Assembly (NCBI GenBank): GCA_934119955.1
Contig: CAKOSZ010000002.1
Location: forward strand, 18,505 to 82,504
Origin: an uncultured Bacilli bacterium
Lineage (GTDB): Bacteria > Bacillota_I > Bacilli_A > RF39 > UBA660
Length of the DNA stretch: 64,000 bases
Reading direction: 5' to 3'
The position numbers were made by a program, and so were the translations under genes. Positions 19,310 to 29,537 of this stretch are shown piece after piece (positions within the stretch are counted from its first letter, which is position 1; every line of letters begins with the position of its first letter). The notes under the pieces were generated by a model, which had not been told where the DNA came from, ran no database searches, and saw nothing but the letters and a program-made list of their open reading frames with translations.

Positions 19310-20006
19310 TGAAGATTTTTTAAAAGTTATAAAAAAATCATTTAATAAGTATTTAGAAACAGGTTCAAGGAGTAATTCTAAATTAAAAATATTACATGGA
19401 GCAATTACAAGTGATTTAAACAAAAGACTAGAAAATTGTTATCAATTACATTCCTTAGGTTATAATGATGATAAAGAATTTAATATGAAGGGACGTTACA
19501 TGGATAAAAAGGTTGATATTGCAATAAGTAACGATAAAGAAGTAATAGCAGGAATTGCTTTAAAGTTTATTATGCGAAATTATTCTCAAAATTCTAACAA
19601 TTATTTTGAGAATATGTTGGGTGAAACAGCAAATATCAGAACTATTGGTAAACCATATTTTCAAATAGTTATAATTCCCTCAAAAATTCCATATTTTAAA
19701 AACGATGGAGTACTTGATCATGTAGAAGTATTATCAGAGAATAACTTGAAAAAATATATTAAATTATCCCATGATAATGTTTTAGAATTTATGCATACAC
19801 CTACTAAAACCTTGATTTATTTAATTGATATGCCTGAAATACCATTAGAAAAAATAAAAAACTATGATGATTATAAAAAATATTATCAAGAAAATGAGAT
19901 AGAAATTTTAGAAAATAATACTAAGTATGATTTTGGTAATTCAGTTATATATAATGATTATAATAAATTTATTGAAAAAATTGTTCATTATATAAAATAT
20001 ATGTAG
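19302..20006 (+). CDS. Putative cognate type II restriction endonuclease. Its start overlaps the methyltransferase stop.
   Basis: Called by position only: it is translationally coupled to an otherwise orphan-looking methyltransferase. It contains a possible PD-(D/E)xK-like segment (VDIAISNDKEVIAGIALK), but no robust motif was identified. Confidence 0.35.
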   Translation: MNNEDFLKVIKKSFNKYLETGSRSNSKLKILHGAITSDLNKRLENCYQLHSLGYNDDKEFNMKGRYMDKKVDIAISNDKEVIAGIALKFIMRNYSQNSNNYFENMLGETANIRTIGKPYFQIVIIPSKIPYFKNDGVLDHVEVLSENNLKKYIKLSHDNVLEFMHTPTKTLIYLIDMPEIPLEKIKNYDDYKKYYQENEIEILENNTKYDFGNSVIYNDYNKFIEKIVHYIKYM

Positions 20007-20012
20007 GTGTTT

Positions 20013-20450
20013 ATGATAAAAGAAAAAACTTATATTGGCTGCTATGCAGTTGTAATTGAAAATGAAATGATTGCTTTAATAAAAAAAGCAAGAGGTGGTT
20101 ATAAAGGTAAACTTGATTTACCAGGTGGTGGAATTGAATATAAAGAAATGCCTGATGTTACTTTAAAAAGAGAAATAAAGGAAGAACTAGGTGTTAATAT
20201 TAAAAGTTACAAACTATTAGATGTTACAAGTAATAATATAAAATGGAAAATGGCTGATAATTTATATGAAGATTTACATCATATAGGAATACTTTATCAA
20301 GCAAGTATTATTGATAATGAATTAAAAAATTATCCAGATGGTCATGATTCAGATGGAGCAAATTGGTATAAAATAACTGATTTAAAAGAAGAAAATTTAA
20401 CTCCATTTTTAATTTTTTCTTTAAAAAAACTTGGATATAAATTAAAATAA
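20013..20450 (+). CDS. NUDIX hydrolase.
   Basis: Nudix box GGGIEYKEMPDVTLKREIKEELGV (G-x5-E-x7-REUxEExGU). Confidence 0.8.
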   Translation: MIKEKTYIGCYAVVIENEMIALIKKARGGYKGKLDLPGGGIEYKEMPDVTLKREIKEELGVNIKSYKLLDVTSNNIKWKMADNLYEDLHHIGILYQASIIDNELKNYPDGHDSDGANWYKITDLKEENLTPFLIFSLKKLGYKLK

Positions 20451-20506
20451 TAAATCTTGCTTTTTAAAAAGAAATAATTTAAAATAAATAACTGATTGAG
20501 GAAATT

Positions 20507-21193
20507 ATGGAAACAGTTTATAAAAACAATAAAACAAAACTAAGAAGTATTATGAAATATGGATATTATGGTTCTTTATCTAAAAACACAGGTTATATAG
20601 CAGGTACTATAACCTTAAAAAAGATAGATGATGAAATAGAAAATAAAAGAAAATTAAGACATGAAATATTAAAAAGATTTTATGATGATATTACTAATAA
20701 ATTACTTTCTAAAAAAATAACTGGTTTTAAAATGATAGTTGATTCTAGAAGAATTTGGAATAATGATTTTCTAAATTTTAAAATAGAAAAAAATGATTTT
20801 ATTGCTTATCCTAAGGTATCAATTGCTGGTATAGAAAAATCTTATAATGATGATATCAATGAGTGCTTAGAAATTATTTTTCCTTTTATAAAAGGAATGT
20901 GTCAAATTCATAAAGAAATAGATTTATTAGAAAATAATTTCTATGATTCTGTATTAGTTAAATTAATGGGAAGCTTGAAACCAATTTTTAGTATTAGTGG
21001 TGATGGAATTAGTATTGTTCATGATGATGAATTAAAACAAAGTCAATATGAAGACTTGGTAAGATTTTTAGAAACTTATAAATATGAGATATTAAATAAT
21101 GTTACAATTTTTGATAATGAGTCACTTAATCCATATAGAACAGATTTAACCAAAAGGAAAGCACTTTCTATTTATAAAAGAGGTATGAAATGA
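20507..21193 (+). CDS. Hypothetical protein.
   Basis: ORF of 228 aa with a start overlapping the upstream gene arrangement; no recognisable motif. Confidence 0.3.
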   Translation: METVYKNNKTKLRSIMKYGYYGSLSKNTGYIAGTITLKKIDDEIENKRKLRHEILKRFYDDITNKLLSKKITGFKMIVDSRRIWNNDFLNFKIEKNDFIAYPKVSIAGIEKSYNDDINECLEIIFPFIKGMCQIHKEIDLLENNFYDSVLVKLMGSLKPIFSISGDGISIVHDDELKQSQYEDLVRFLETYKYEILNNVTIFDNESLNPYRTDLTKRKALSIYKRGMK

Positions 21194-22059
21194 AATTAAT
21201 AGTTATAATTGGTCCAACTGGGGTTGGAAAAACAAAATTAAGTATTGCCCTTGCTAAAAAACTAGATGCTTATATAATAAATGGTGATAGTATGCAAGTA
21301 TATAAAGGTTTAGATATTGGAACTGCTAAAATAAAAGAAAATGAAAAGATGGGAATAAAACATTTTCTTTTTGATATAGTAGAACCAACTGAAAATTTTA
21401 ATATCTATGAATATCAAAAACTAGGAAGAGAACTCCTTAATAAATTTATTAAAGAAAATAGAAATGTTATAATTGTAGGAGGGTCAGGTTTATATATTAA
21501 AAGTTTATTATATGATTATAGATTTCAAGAAGAAGAAAAACTAAATGAATATAATGATTTAACAAATGAAGAAATTTTAGAAAAAATAAAAAAGATACAT
21601 GATACAAATATTCATGTAAATAATCGAAAAAGATTAGTAAGAGAACTTAATAAAATAGAAAACAATAATAATATCAAAAGTGATATTTTTAAAAAAATGT
21701 ATGATTTTAAAGTTCTTGGTTTAACAACAGAGAGATGCCTTTTATATAAAATAGTAGATGATAGAGTTGATATGATGATTGCAGATGGCTTAATTGAAGA
21801 AGTAAAAAATTTATATGATAAAAATATTCGTTCTAAAAGTATTTTAACCGGGATTGGTTATAAAGAATTATATGATTACTTTGATAAAAAAGTATCTCTT
21901 GAAGAAGCAATTAATAATATTAAAAAGAATACTAGACATTTTATCAAAAGACAATATACTTTTTTTAATAGGCAAATGGATGTTGATTGGATTAAGGTAA
22001 ACTTTACAAATTTTGATGAAACTATAAATGAGGTTTTACAAAAATTAGAAATAAATTAA
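21190..22059 (+). CDS. miaA: tRNA dimethylallyltransferase MiaA.
   Basis: MKLIVIIGPTGVGKTKLSIALAKKLDAYIINGDSMQVYKGLDIGTAK contains the P-loop and the conserved MiaA N-terminus. Confidence 0.88.
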   Translation: MKLIVIIGPTGVGKTKLSIALAKKLDAYIINGDSMQVYKGLDIGTAKIKENEKMGIKHFLFDIVEPTENFNIYEYQKLGRELLNKFIKENRNVIIVGGSGLYIKSLLYDYRFQEEEKLNEYNDLTNEEILEKIKKIHDTNIHVNNRKRLVRELNKIENNNNIKSDIFKKMYDFKVLGLTTERCLLYKIVDDRVDMMIADGLIEEVKNLYDKNIRSKSILTGIGYKELYDYFDKKVSLEEAINNIKKNTRHFIKRQYTFFNRQMDVDWIKVNFTNFDETINEVLQKLEIN

Positions 22060-22119
22060 TATAATTAGTTTATTTTCTTTAAATTATGTTATACTTATTA
22101 TTGAATAGTAGGAGTAATT

Positions 22120-23694
22120 ATGAGAAATAATGAGAAAAAAATAAATAATAAAAAATTAGATGAATCATCAAGTTCTAAAACTATAAAAACAAAAAAAGAA
22201 TTAACTAAACAAGAAAATATGGCGCCTAAAAAGAAGAATAGTAATATTAATAAAAAAGGTAATAATAGTTTAGATAATTCTAGTAAAAAGCAAAAACAAG
22301 TTAAGAATAATTATAAGAAAAATGAAAGTATTAAAAAAAGTAGTAATTTAGATGATAACTATACAAATAATGATAATAAATTAAAAAGAAATTATCATGA
22401 GAATAATAATTTTAAAACTAAGAAACAAGATAAGGTTACTAATAAGTCTAAAAAGAAAATAGTTTTAATTTTATTTATTATAATATTCTTGATATTTATT
22501 AGTTTAACAACTTATAATATTTTAACATTTATTAAATATAAAAGTATAGTAGTTAACAATAGTCCTAAAACTAGTAAAATAAATTATCTTGATTATTATA
22601 GCACTAGTATTGTTACTTTAAATAAGAAAGTATTATATAAAAGAGAAAATGAAGAATTTGTTAAAAGTGGTGTAGTAAATTCTTCTATTTATTTAAGTTT
22701 AGAAGAAGATGAATTTAGTAAGGATGGTTATTTTAGAATAAAAAATACTTCTTACTATATAGATTACAAGAATATAAAAAAAGAAGAACTAAAAGAAGAA
22801 AAGACAACGTATTTAAATTATATTCCTTTTAATGAAAATGTTAAAGTTACTAATCCTAAGTTTTACTTAGATGAAAAAATAGTATTTTCGATACTTGGAG
22901 AGTATGAATATCAGGTTTTAGTTAAAGAAAAATCTTATTACGGAGTACTTGTTAATAATAAATTATATTATTTAAAAAAAGAAGATTGTTCTTTTTATAA
23001 AAATAAAAATACGAATTTAAAAGCAACAAATGGAGTTGCGGTTTTAGTATACCATTATACGTATGATTCTAATAGTGCTGAGGATAAAAAAGGTTGTCCT
23101 AGTATTATTTGTTTATCTGATAAACAGTTTGATAGTCACATGAAATTTATTAAAGATAATAATTTTTATACAGCAACTCTTAATGATTTAGAAATGTTTA
23201 TAGATGGTAAAATAAGACTTCCTGAGCATACGGTTGTAATTACTGTTGATGATGGTGCTTATGTACCTAAAACAATAGAAATTTTAGAAAAATATGATCT
23301 ACATGCAACTTTGTTTTTAATTGGCGAATTTAAAAGAATTACAGGCTTTGATTATAATTCACCTAATTTAGAAATACATTCACATACTGATAATTTGCAT
23401 TATACAGGAGCATGTCCTGGTGGACAAGGCAGTCCGCTTAAATGCTTAGCCAAAGATAAAATCCTAGCCGATTTAAAAAAGTCAAGAGAAAGTTTAAATA
23501 ACACACCTTATTTTTGTTATCCTTTCTTTGAATATAATGATTATGCAATTAGTTTATTAAAAGAAGCAGGGTTTAGAATGGCATTTGCTGGGCATAGAAT
23601 GAAAGTTAGAGTAGGTGCTAATAAATATAAATTACCAAGATATGGTATTATTAATACAACTTCAACTAGTGATTTGAAAAATATAATATATTAA
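22120..23694 (+). CDS. Membrane-anchored polysaccharide deacetylase of the NodB/CE4 family, with a long Lys/Asn-rich cytoplasmic N-terminal region.
   Basis: TM helix (IVLILFIIIFLIFISL) and a C-terminal NodB-like domain (HTVVITVDDGAYVP...ATLFLIGEF...H..H). Confidence 0.65.
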   Translation: MRNNEKKINNKKLDESSSSKTIKTKKELTKQENMAPKKKNSNINKKGNNSLDNSSKKQKQVKNNYKKNESIKKSSNLDDNYTNNDNKLKRNYHENNNFKTKKQDKVTNKSKKKIVLILFIIIFLIFISLTTYNILTFIKYKSIVVNNSPKTSKINYLDYYSTSIVTLNKKVLYKRENEEFVKSGVVNSSIYLSLEEDEFSKDGYFRIKNTSYYIDYKNIKKEELKEEKTTYLNYIPFNENVKVTNPKFYLDEKIVFSILGEYEYQVLVKEKSYYGVLVNNKLYYLKKEDCSFYKNKNTNLKATNGVAVLVYHYTYDSNSAEDKKGCPSIICLSDKQFDSHMKFIKDNNFYTATLNDLEMFIDGKIRLPEHTVVITVDDGAYVPKTIEILEKYDLHATLFLIGEFKRITGFDYNSPNLEIHSHTDNLHYTGACPGGQGSPLKCLAKDKILADLKKSRESLNNTPYFCYPFFEYNDYAISLLKEAGFRMAFAGHRMKVRVGANKYKLPRYGIINTTSTSDLKNIIY

Positions 23695-23914
23695 AAAAAT
23701 CTTGGTTTTTTAATAAAATCAAGTATTAGTGAAATGAAAAGTTAAATTTCAGATTAAGTAAATAATTGCTAAATGCAAGACTAATTTGGTAGAAAATAAA
23801 AAAAATACTACCATTTTTATTAAATATATGGTAATATATATACGAAATTTAGTAGTTCAAAGCACGAAAAAAAGTATACACTAATATTTAGTGCATAACT
23901 AAGTTTCAGTTTTA

Positions 23915-25219
23915 GATATATTACTTGTATATCAATTTTAGATAGCTATGTTAGGTTTAGCTATCTTTTTTCTTATAATTAAATAATTCTTTTTTTAAAA
24001 TAATATTTTTTTGTTCTATTTCAAATATATTAAAATAATCAATAAATTTTTTAGGGAAAGAAGGTATCATTAACTCATAAGGATTATAGCCAGAAAGTGA
24101 ATCACGTTTAACGGAATTAATATGGTTAATCATAAGATTAATGTCGTCTTGATTATAATTGTTAAATGAAGTTCCTTTTGGTATAAATCTTCTAATATAT
24201 TCGTGATTATTTTCAATTTTGCCTTTTTGCTCAGAATGACCAGGATCACAATAAAATAGTTTAGTTTTATAAACATGATAACCATTAAATTCTATATCAT
24301 CGGGTTTAGAAAATTCAATACCATTATCTGTAAGAATAATTGGAAAAATTTCATGAAATTTTTCATAACCTAAAATTTTTTTTAAATTCTTGAAAAAATT
24401 ATTAACAGTATCCGCTTCTTTATTATCGATTTTAAAAGCAAGCATAAAGTTAGCTTGTCTCCATAAAAGAGTAAGTAAAAGAGATTCGCCTTTAATACCT
24501 TCAACAGTGTCCATTTCAATAATATTGATATTAAAATCATTATCATTATAATTTTTAACATAATCTCTAAAATCTTCATATGTTCTATTAATTTTAATTT
24601 TAGTATCTTTTTTAGGTTTATTGATATTGCTTCTTTTTCTTTTTTTATATCTTACTTTTCTAGGTAGATCTAGATTAATAATATCTAAATAACCATTTTC
24701 AACATAATTATATAAAGTTCTTTTACCAACAGGAAATTCATTTTTGTGATTTCTGATAATCATAGAAAAAGAATGTCCTTTTTTTATTTCATCAGATACA
24801 ATATCATTTAAATGTTTAAATTTAGTAGATGTAATATCAATACCTTGCCTAGATTCACTTCTTAGTTTTTCATATTTACCCTGAGCATCCTCAGCATAAT
24901 AATAGTATCTTGTTTTTCTACAACCTTTTCTTAAAGGACAAGCATTACAAACATAAGGTGGTTTTGAGGTTTTATCACATATTTTTTCTTTACCATACCA
25001 AGAAGTGCAATGTTCAATATTTCTATTTTTTAATATCTCATAAGAAATAGTTCTTGGAGATTTATTAATATCATTTGCAATTTTAGAAAATGTCCAATTA
25101 TTTTCAATACCTTTTTCTATTTTAATTCTTTTATTTAAATCAAGATGTTTTTGATATACATTACTAGTATTTTTCTTTTTCAAAATATCACTCCTTTTAC
25201 ATAATACAAGTAATATATC
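23915..25219 (-). mobile_element. IS30-family insertion sequence of about 1.3 kb.
   Basis: 16-bp perfect terminal inverted repeats (GATATATTACTTGTAT at 23915-23930; ATACAAGTAATATATC at 25204-25219) bracket a single transposase ORF. No clean 2-3 bp target duplication was seen. Confidence 0.7.
23957..25183 (-). CDS. IS30-family DDE transposase.
   Basis: N-terminal HTH region, and a C-terminal DDE region with the IS30 signature ...CDPGHSEQKGKIENNHEYIRRFIPKGTSF... Confidence 0.85.
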   Translation of the reverse strand: MKKKNTSNVYQKHLDLNKRIKIEKGIENNWTFSKIANDINKSPRTISYEILKNRNIEHCTSWYGKEKICDKTSKPPYVCNACPLRKGCRKTRYYYYAEDAQGKYEKLRSESRQGIDITSTKFKHLNDIVSDEIKKGHSFSMIIRNHKNEFPVGKRTLYNYVENGYLDIINLDLPRKVRYKKRKRSNINKPKKDTKIKINRTYEDFRDYVKNYNDNDFNINIIEMDTVEGIKGESLLLTLLWRQANFMLAFKIDNKEADTVNNFFKNLKKILGYEKFHEIFPIILTDNGIEFSKPDDIEFNGYHVYKTKLFYCDPGHSEQKGKIENNHEYIRRFIPKGTSFNNYNQDDINLMINHINSVKRDSLSGYNPYELMIPSFPKKFIDYFNIFEIEQKNIILKKELFNYKKKDS

Positions 25220-25399
25220 AAGTGATATTATATATATAAATTGAAAAAGTACAAGACTGATAATTTATATAAAATTAATTTATAATAAAAATTATGATTT
25301 TATGTGTAATTTATAGTGAAAGACTTAATTTCAGTTGTATATCTTCAAGCGCAATTTACTTTTTCATTTAACAAAATTAAGTATTTAAGTGTCTAATAA

Positions 25400-25432
25400 T
25401 TTACAAGCATTTTTAAATATGTTAAAATATAT
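25400..25432 (+). promoter_or_regulatory. Candidate promoter of the rml / polysaccharide operon.
   Basis: TTACAA, a 16-nt spacer, then TAAAAT. The RBS AGGAGG follows. Confidence 0.35.
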
Positions 25433-25445
25433 CCAGGAGGTATTT

Positions 25446-26360
25446 ATGAAAGGAATAGTACTAGCGGGAGGATCTGGAACAAGATTATATCCAATTACTA
25501 AAATAATTAGTAAACAAATGTTACCAATTTATGATAAACCAATGATTTATTATCCTTTATCAGTTTTAATGCTAGCCGGTATTAGAGATATTTTAATTAT
25601 TTCAACAAGAGAAGATACACCTAAATTTGAAAAAATGCTTGGCGATGGGTCTAACTATGGAATTAACTTAACTTATAAGATTCAAGAAGAACCAAAAGGA
25701 TTAGCCCAAGCATTTACCATTGGGGAAGATTTTATTCATGATGATACTGTTTGCATGATTTTGGGTGATAATATTTTTTATGGAAACGGATTACAAAAGA
25801 AATTACAAAATGCTATTAAAAATGCTGAAAAAGGAATAGCATCTGTGTTTGGTTATCATGTAAATGATCCGGAAAGATTTGGAGTTGTTGAATTTGATAA
25901 GAAAGGGAAGGTTATTTCAATCGAAGAAAAACCAGAAAAACCAAAATCAAATTATGCAGCAACAGGTTTATATTTTTATGATAATCGAGTTATTGAATAT
26001 GCTAAGAATTTAAAACCATCTAAACGAGGAGAACTTGAAATAACTGATATAAATAGAATTTATTTAGACAAAGAAGAATTATCAGTAGAAGTTTTAGGTC
26101 GTGGTTATTCTTGGCTTGATACGGGAACATTTGATAGTTTAAATGAAGCATCTGATTTTGTTAGAACAGTTGAATTAAATGGCCAAATGATTGCTTGTCT
26201 TGAAGAAATTGCTTATTTAAAAGGTTGGATTGACAAGGAAATGGTACGTGAAATTGGCTTAGGTATGCAAAAAAATAGTTATGGTAAATATTTAATTAAT
26301 TTAGCCGACAAAGAAATAGATAAAGATCCAGCAAGAATTCTTTTGGAGCAAGAAAAATGA
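25446..26360 (+). CDS. rmlA: Glucose-1-phosphate thymidylyltransferase RmlA. The track's N-terminal extension to 25389 is rejected.
   Basis: [18 protein letters not shown]... and a typical length. Confidence 0.92.
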   Translation: MKGIVLAGGSGTRLYPITKIISKQMLPIYDKPMIYYPLSVLMLAGIRDILIISTREDTPKFEKMLGDGSNYGINLTYKIQEEPKGLAQAFTIGEDFIHDDTVCMILGDNIFYGNGLQKKLQNAIKNAEKGIASVFGYHVNDPERFGVVEFDKKGKVISIEEKPEKPKSNYAATGLYFYDNRVIEYAKNLKPSKRGELEITDINRIYLDKEELSVEVLGRGYSWLDTGTFDSLNEASDFVRTVELNGQMIACLEEIAYLKGWIDKEMVREIGLGMQKNSYGKYLINLADKEIDKDPARILLEQEK

Positions 26361-26917
26361 AAAAAATAGAAACAGGACTTGAAGATTGCTATATTTTAGA
26401 ACCTAATCGTTTTGGCGATAATCGTGGTTATTTTTCCCCGGTTTATATAAATCAAGAATTAAGAGAATTAGGATTTGAAAATTTAGTTCAAATAAGTAGA
26501 AGCAAGAGTAGTAAAGGGGTTTTAAGAGGAATGCATTTTCAACATAATCCAAAATGTCAAGCAAAAATAGTTGAAGTTATTAAAGGAAGAGCACTTGATG
26601 TTGTAGTTGATTTAAGAAAAAACTCTAAAACTTATAAAAAATGGACTAGTGTTTTATTAACTGATGAAAATAATCGTCAATTATATGTACCACGAGGATT
26701 TGCTCATGGTTATTTAAGTTTAGAAGATGATACAGTTTTTCAATATTTTATTGATAATGATTATGCTCCTGATATGGAAGGTGGCATACCTTATAATGAT
26801 AAAAGTATTGGTATTGATTGGAATAAAATATTTGAAGAATATGATATAAGTGTACCTAATTTATCAGAAAAAGATACTAATAGATTAGAACTTACAGAGC
26901 AAAATATAGAATTTTAG
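26357..26917 (+). CDS. rmlC: dTDP-4-dehydrorhamnose 3,5-epimerase RmlC.
   Basis: Cupin fold sequence (NRGYF...RGMHFQ...[10 protein letters not shown]). Confidence 0.9.
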   Translation: MKKIETGLEDCYILEPNRFGDNRGYFSPVYINQELRELGFENLVQISRSKSSKGVLRGMHFQHNPKCQAKIVEVIKGRALDVVVDLRKNSKTYKKWTSVLLTDENNRQLYVPRGFAHGYLSLEDDTVFQYFIDNDYAPDMEGGIPYNDKSIGIDWNKIFEEYDISVPNLSEKDTNRLELTEQNIEF

Positions 26918-26925
26918 GAGAATAT

Positions 26926-27777
26926 ATGAAAATATTTATAACAGGTGGAGCAGGGCAACTTGGCTATGATTTAATTAAAGAACTAACTAAAAGAGGCTTT
27001 AATGATTATCTTGCTCCAACAATAGATGAATTAGATATTACAAATTTAAGTGAATTAAAAAAAGTTATAACTGATTATAACCCGGATGTAATTTATCATT
27101 TAGCAGCCTATACGGCAGTTGATAAAGCAGAGGAGAATAAAGAACTTTGTTATAAAATAAATGTTTCAGGAACTGAAAATATTTGTGAATGTGCAAGACT
27201 TACCAATAGTAAAGTAGTTTATATCAGTACTGATTATGTTTTCCAAGGTAATAAAGATGGTATATATGAAGTTTTAGATGAACCCAATCCTGTTAACTAC
27301 TATGGATATACTAAATATTTAGGTGAAGAATGCGTTAAAAAACTAAAAGATTATTTAATAGTTCGTATTTCTTGGGTATTTGGAATAAACGGGAATAATT
27401 TTATTAAAACTATGTTAAGGCTAGCAAGTGAAAAAAAAGAGTTATCAGTTGTATCTGATCAAATAGGAAGTCCTACTTATACTAAGGACTTAGCAAGATT
27501 ATTAGTCGACATGATAGAAACTAAAAAAACAGGAATTTATCATGCTACTAATGAAGGTTATACATCATGGTATGAATTCGCTAAATATATATTTGATATA
27601 AGTAATATAAAAATAAAACTTAATGGTATTAAAACAAGTGAATATAAAACTCTTGCTAAAAGACCATTGAATTCAAGGTTATCAAAAGATAAATTAGATG
27701 AAGAAAATATTCTAAGACTTCCTAGTTGGCAAGATGCAACTAAGAGATTTTTAGAAGAGATGAAGGAGGAAAAATGA
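26926..27777 (+). CDS. rmlD: dTDP-4-dehydrorhamnose reductase RmlD.
   Basis: MKIFITGGAGQLGYDL, Rossmann fold and YTKY active-site region. Confidence 0.88.
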   Translation: MKIFITGGAGQLGYDLIKELTKRGFNDYLAPTIDELDITNLSELKKVITDYNPDVIYHLAAYTAVDKAEENKELCYKINVSGTENICECARLTNSKVVYISTDYVFQGNKDGIYEVLDEPNPVNYYGYTKYLGEECVKKLKDYLIVRISWVFGINGNNFIKTMLRLASEKKELSVVSDQIGSPTYTKDLARLLVDMIETKKTGIYHATNEGYTSWYEFAKYIFDISNIKIKLNGIKTSEYKTLAKRPLNSRLSKDKLDEENILRLPSWQDATKRFLEEMKEEK

Positions 27778-28778
27778 AATATTTAGTAACCGGGGGAGCA
27801 GGATTTATTGGTAGTAATTTCTTACATTATATGACAAGTACTTATAGTGATGATATGTTCTATTGCATCGATGCTCTAACTTATGCAGGAAACTATAATA
27901 ATATTAAAAATTTAGAAGGAAAAAGTAATTTTAAATTTATTCATGGAGATATAACTGATAAAGAATTAATCGATAAATTATTTAATGAATATCATTTTGA
28001 CTATGTAGTTAATTTTGCTGCTGAAAGTCATGTTGATAATTCTATTAAAAATCCAAGTATCTTTTTAACAACAAATATTTTAGGTACGCAAACTTTAATG
28101 GATGCTTGTAGAAAATATGGAATTAAAAGATATCATCAAGTATCAACTGATGAAGTTTATGGAGATTTACCACTTGATAGACCAGATTTATTATTTAAAG
28201 AAACTAATCCAATTAAAGCATCTAGTCCTTATTCAGCAAGTAAAGCCGGAGCAGATTTATTAGTTTTAGCATATCATAGAACTTTTAAATTACCTGTAAC
28301 AATTTCAAGATGTTCTAATAACTATGGTCCTTATCAATTCCCAGAAAAATTAATTCCGGTTGTAATTAGTAAGGCCCTTAATGATGAAAGTATTCCAGTA
28401 TATGGAAATGGTTTAAATGTTCGTGATTGGATTCATGTTCATGATCACAATGTTGGAGTTGATATGATTATTAAAAATGGACGTGACGGGGAAGTGTATA
28501 ACCTTGGAGGTCATTCTGAAAAAACAAATTTAGAAGTTGTTAAAACTATTTTACATGAACTTGGTAAACCAGAAAGTTTAATAACTTATGTAACTGATAG
28601 ACCAGGTCATGATTTAAGATATGCAATCGATTCAACAAAAACAGAAGAAGAACTTGGTTGGAAGTTAACTTATGACTTTAATCAAGGTATTAAAGATACA
28701 GTTAGATGGTATATTAATAATGAAGATTGGATTTTAGATATAAAGTCAGGTAATTATAAAAATGCTTATAAAGACTAA
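27774..28778 (+). CDS. rmlB: dTDP-glucose 4,6-dehydratase RmlB.
   Basis: TGGAGFIGSNF, YSASKAG catalytic motif and extended SDR fold. Confidence 0.9.
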   Translation: MKYLVTGGAGFIGSNFLHYMTSTYSDDMFYCIDALTYAGNYNNIKNLEGKSNFKFIHGDITDKELIDKLFNEYHFDYVVNFAAESHVDNSIKNPSIFLTTNILGTQTLMDACRKYGIKRYHQVSTDEVYGDLPLDRPDLLFKETNPIKASSPYSASKAGADLLVLAYHRTFKLPVTISRCSNNYGPYQFPEKLIPVVISKALNDESIPVYGNGLNVRDWIHVHDHNVGVDMIIKNGRDGEVYNLGGHSEKTNLEVVKTILHELGKPESLITYVTDRPGHDLRYAIDSTKTEEELGWKLTYDFNQGIKDTVRWYINNEDWILDIKSGNYKNAYKD

Positions 28779-28792
28779 AAAGGAAGTGAATC

Positions 28793-29530
28793 ATGAAAAA
28801 TAGTTGTGTTGCTGTTGAAATTAACAATATGTCCAAAGATTTTATTATTTATGGAGATAAAGCTAATACTTTAAAAGAAAGAATTATAAGATTTTCTAAT
28901 AATAAAAAAGAAGTTAGACATATTTTAAAAAATATAAATTTAAAAATTAACAAGGGAGAAACTGTTGCTTTAATTGGAGTAAATGGAAGCGGTAAATCTA
29001 CTCTTTTAAAATTAATTACAAAAATTATTTATCCAACATCTGGTTCAATTAAAGTTCATGGAAAACTTGCTTCACTTCTAGAACTTGGAGCAGGTTTTCA
29101 TCCTGATTTTTCTGGAAGAGAAAATATTTATTTCAATGCTTCTATTTTTGGATTGACTAAAAAGGAAATAGATGCAAGACTAGATAAAATTATTGAATTT
29201 TCTGAATTAGGAGATTTTATTGATACACCTGTTAGGACTTATTCATCAGGTATGTATATGCGTCTTGCTTTTTCTGTTGCAATAAATGTTGATGCTGATA
29301 TTATTTTAATTGATGAAATACTCGCTGTTGGAGATCAAAGATTTCAAGAAAAATGTATGGATAAAATGTTGGAATTAAAAAAAATGGGTAAAACCATGAT
29401 ATTTGTATCCCATTCAAAAGAAGCAGTAGAATTTTTGTGTGACCGAGCTGTTTGGTTAAATGATGGAGTAATTCAAAAAGATGGCAAAGCAAAAGATGTA
29501 TTGAAAGAATATATTAAAATATGTGGGTAG
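28793..29530 (+). CDS. Polysaccharide/teichoic-acid export ABC transporter, ATP-binding subunit (TagH/RgpD/Wzt-like, without a C-terminal carbohydrate-binding domain).
   Basis: Walker A GVNGSGKST, signature SSGMYMRLAFSVA, Walker B ILIDEILAVGD. Confidence 0.85.
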   Translation: MKNSCVAVEINNMSKDFIIYGDKANTLKERIIRFSNNKKEVRHILKNINLKINKGETVALIGVNGSGKSTLLKLITKIIYPTSGSIKVHGKLASLLELGAGFHPDFSGRENIYFNASIFGLTKKEIDARLDKIIEFSELGDFIDTPVRTYSSGMYMRLAFSVAINVDADIILIDEILAVGDQRFQEKCMDKMLELKKMGKTMIFVSHSKEAVEFLCDRAVWLNDGVIQKDGKAKDVLKEYIKICG

Positions 29531-29537
29531 GTGAAGT

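Noticed and set aside
23893-25342. ~17-nt similar direct sequences (actaagtttcagtttta and acttaatttcagttgta) flanking the IS30 element as longer element ends or a target duplication.
   Set aside because: Only 14/17 identity, direct not inverted, and asymmetric distances from the inverted repeats. This is plausibly chance in AT-rich DNA.
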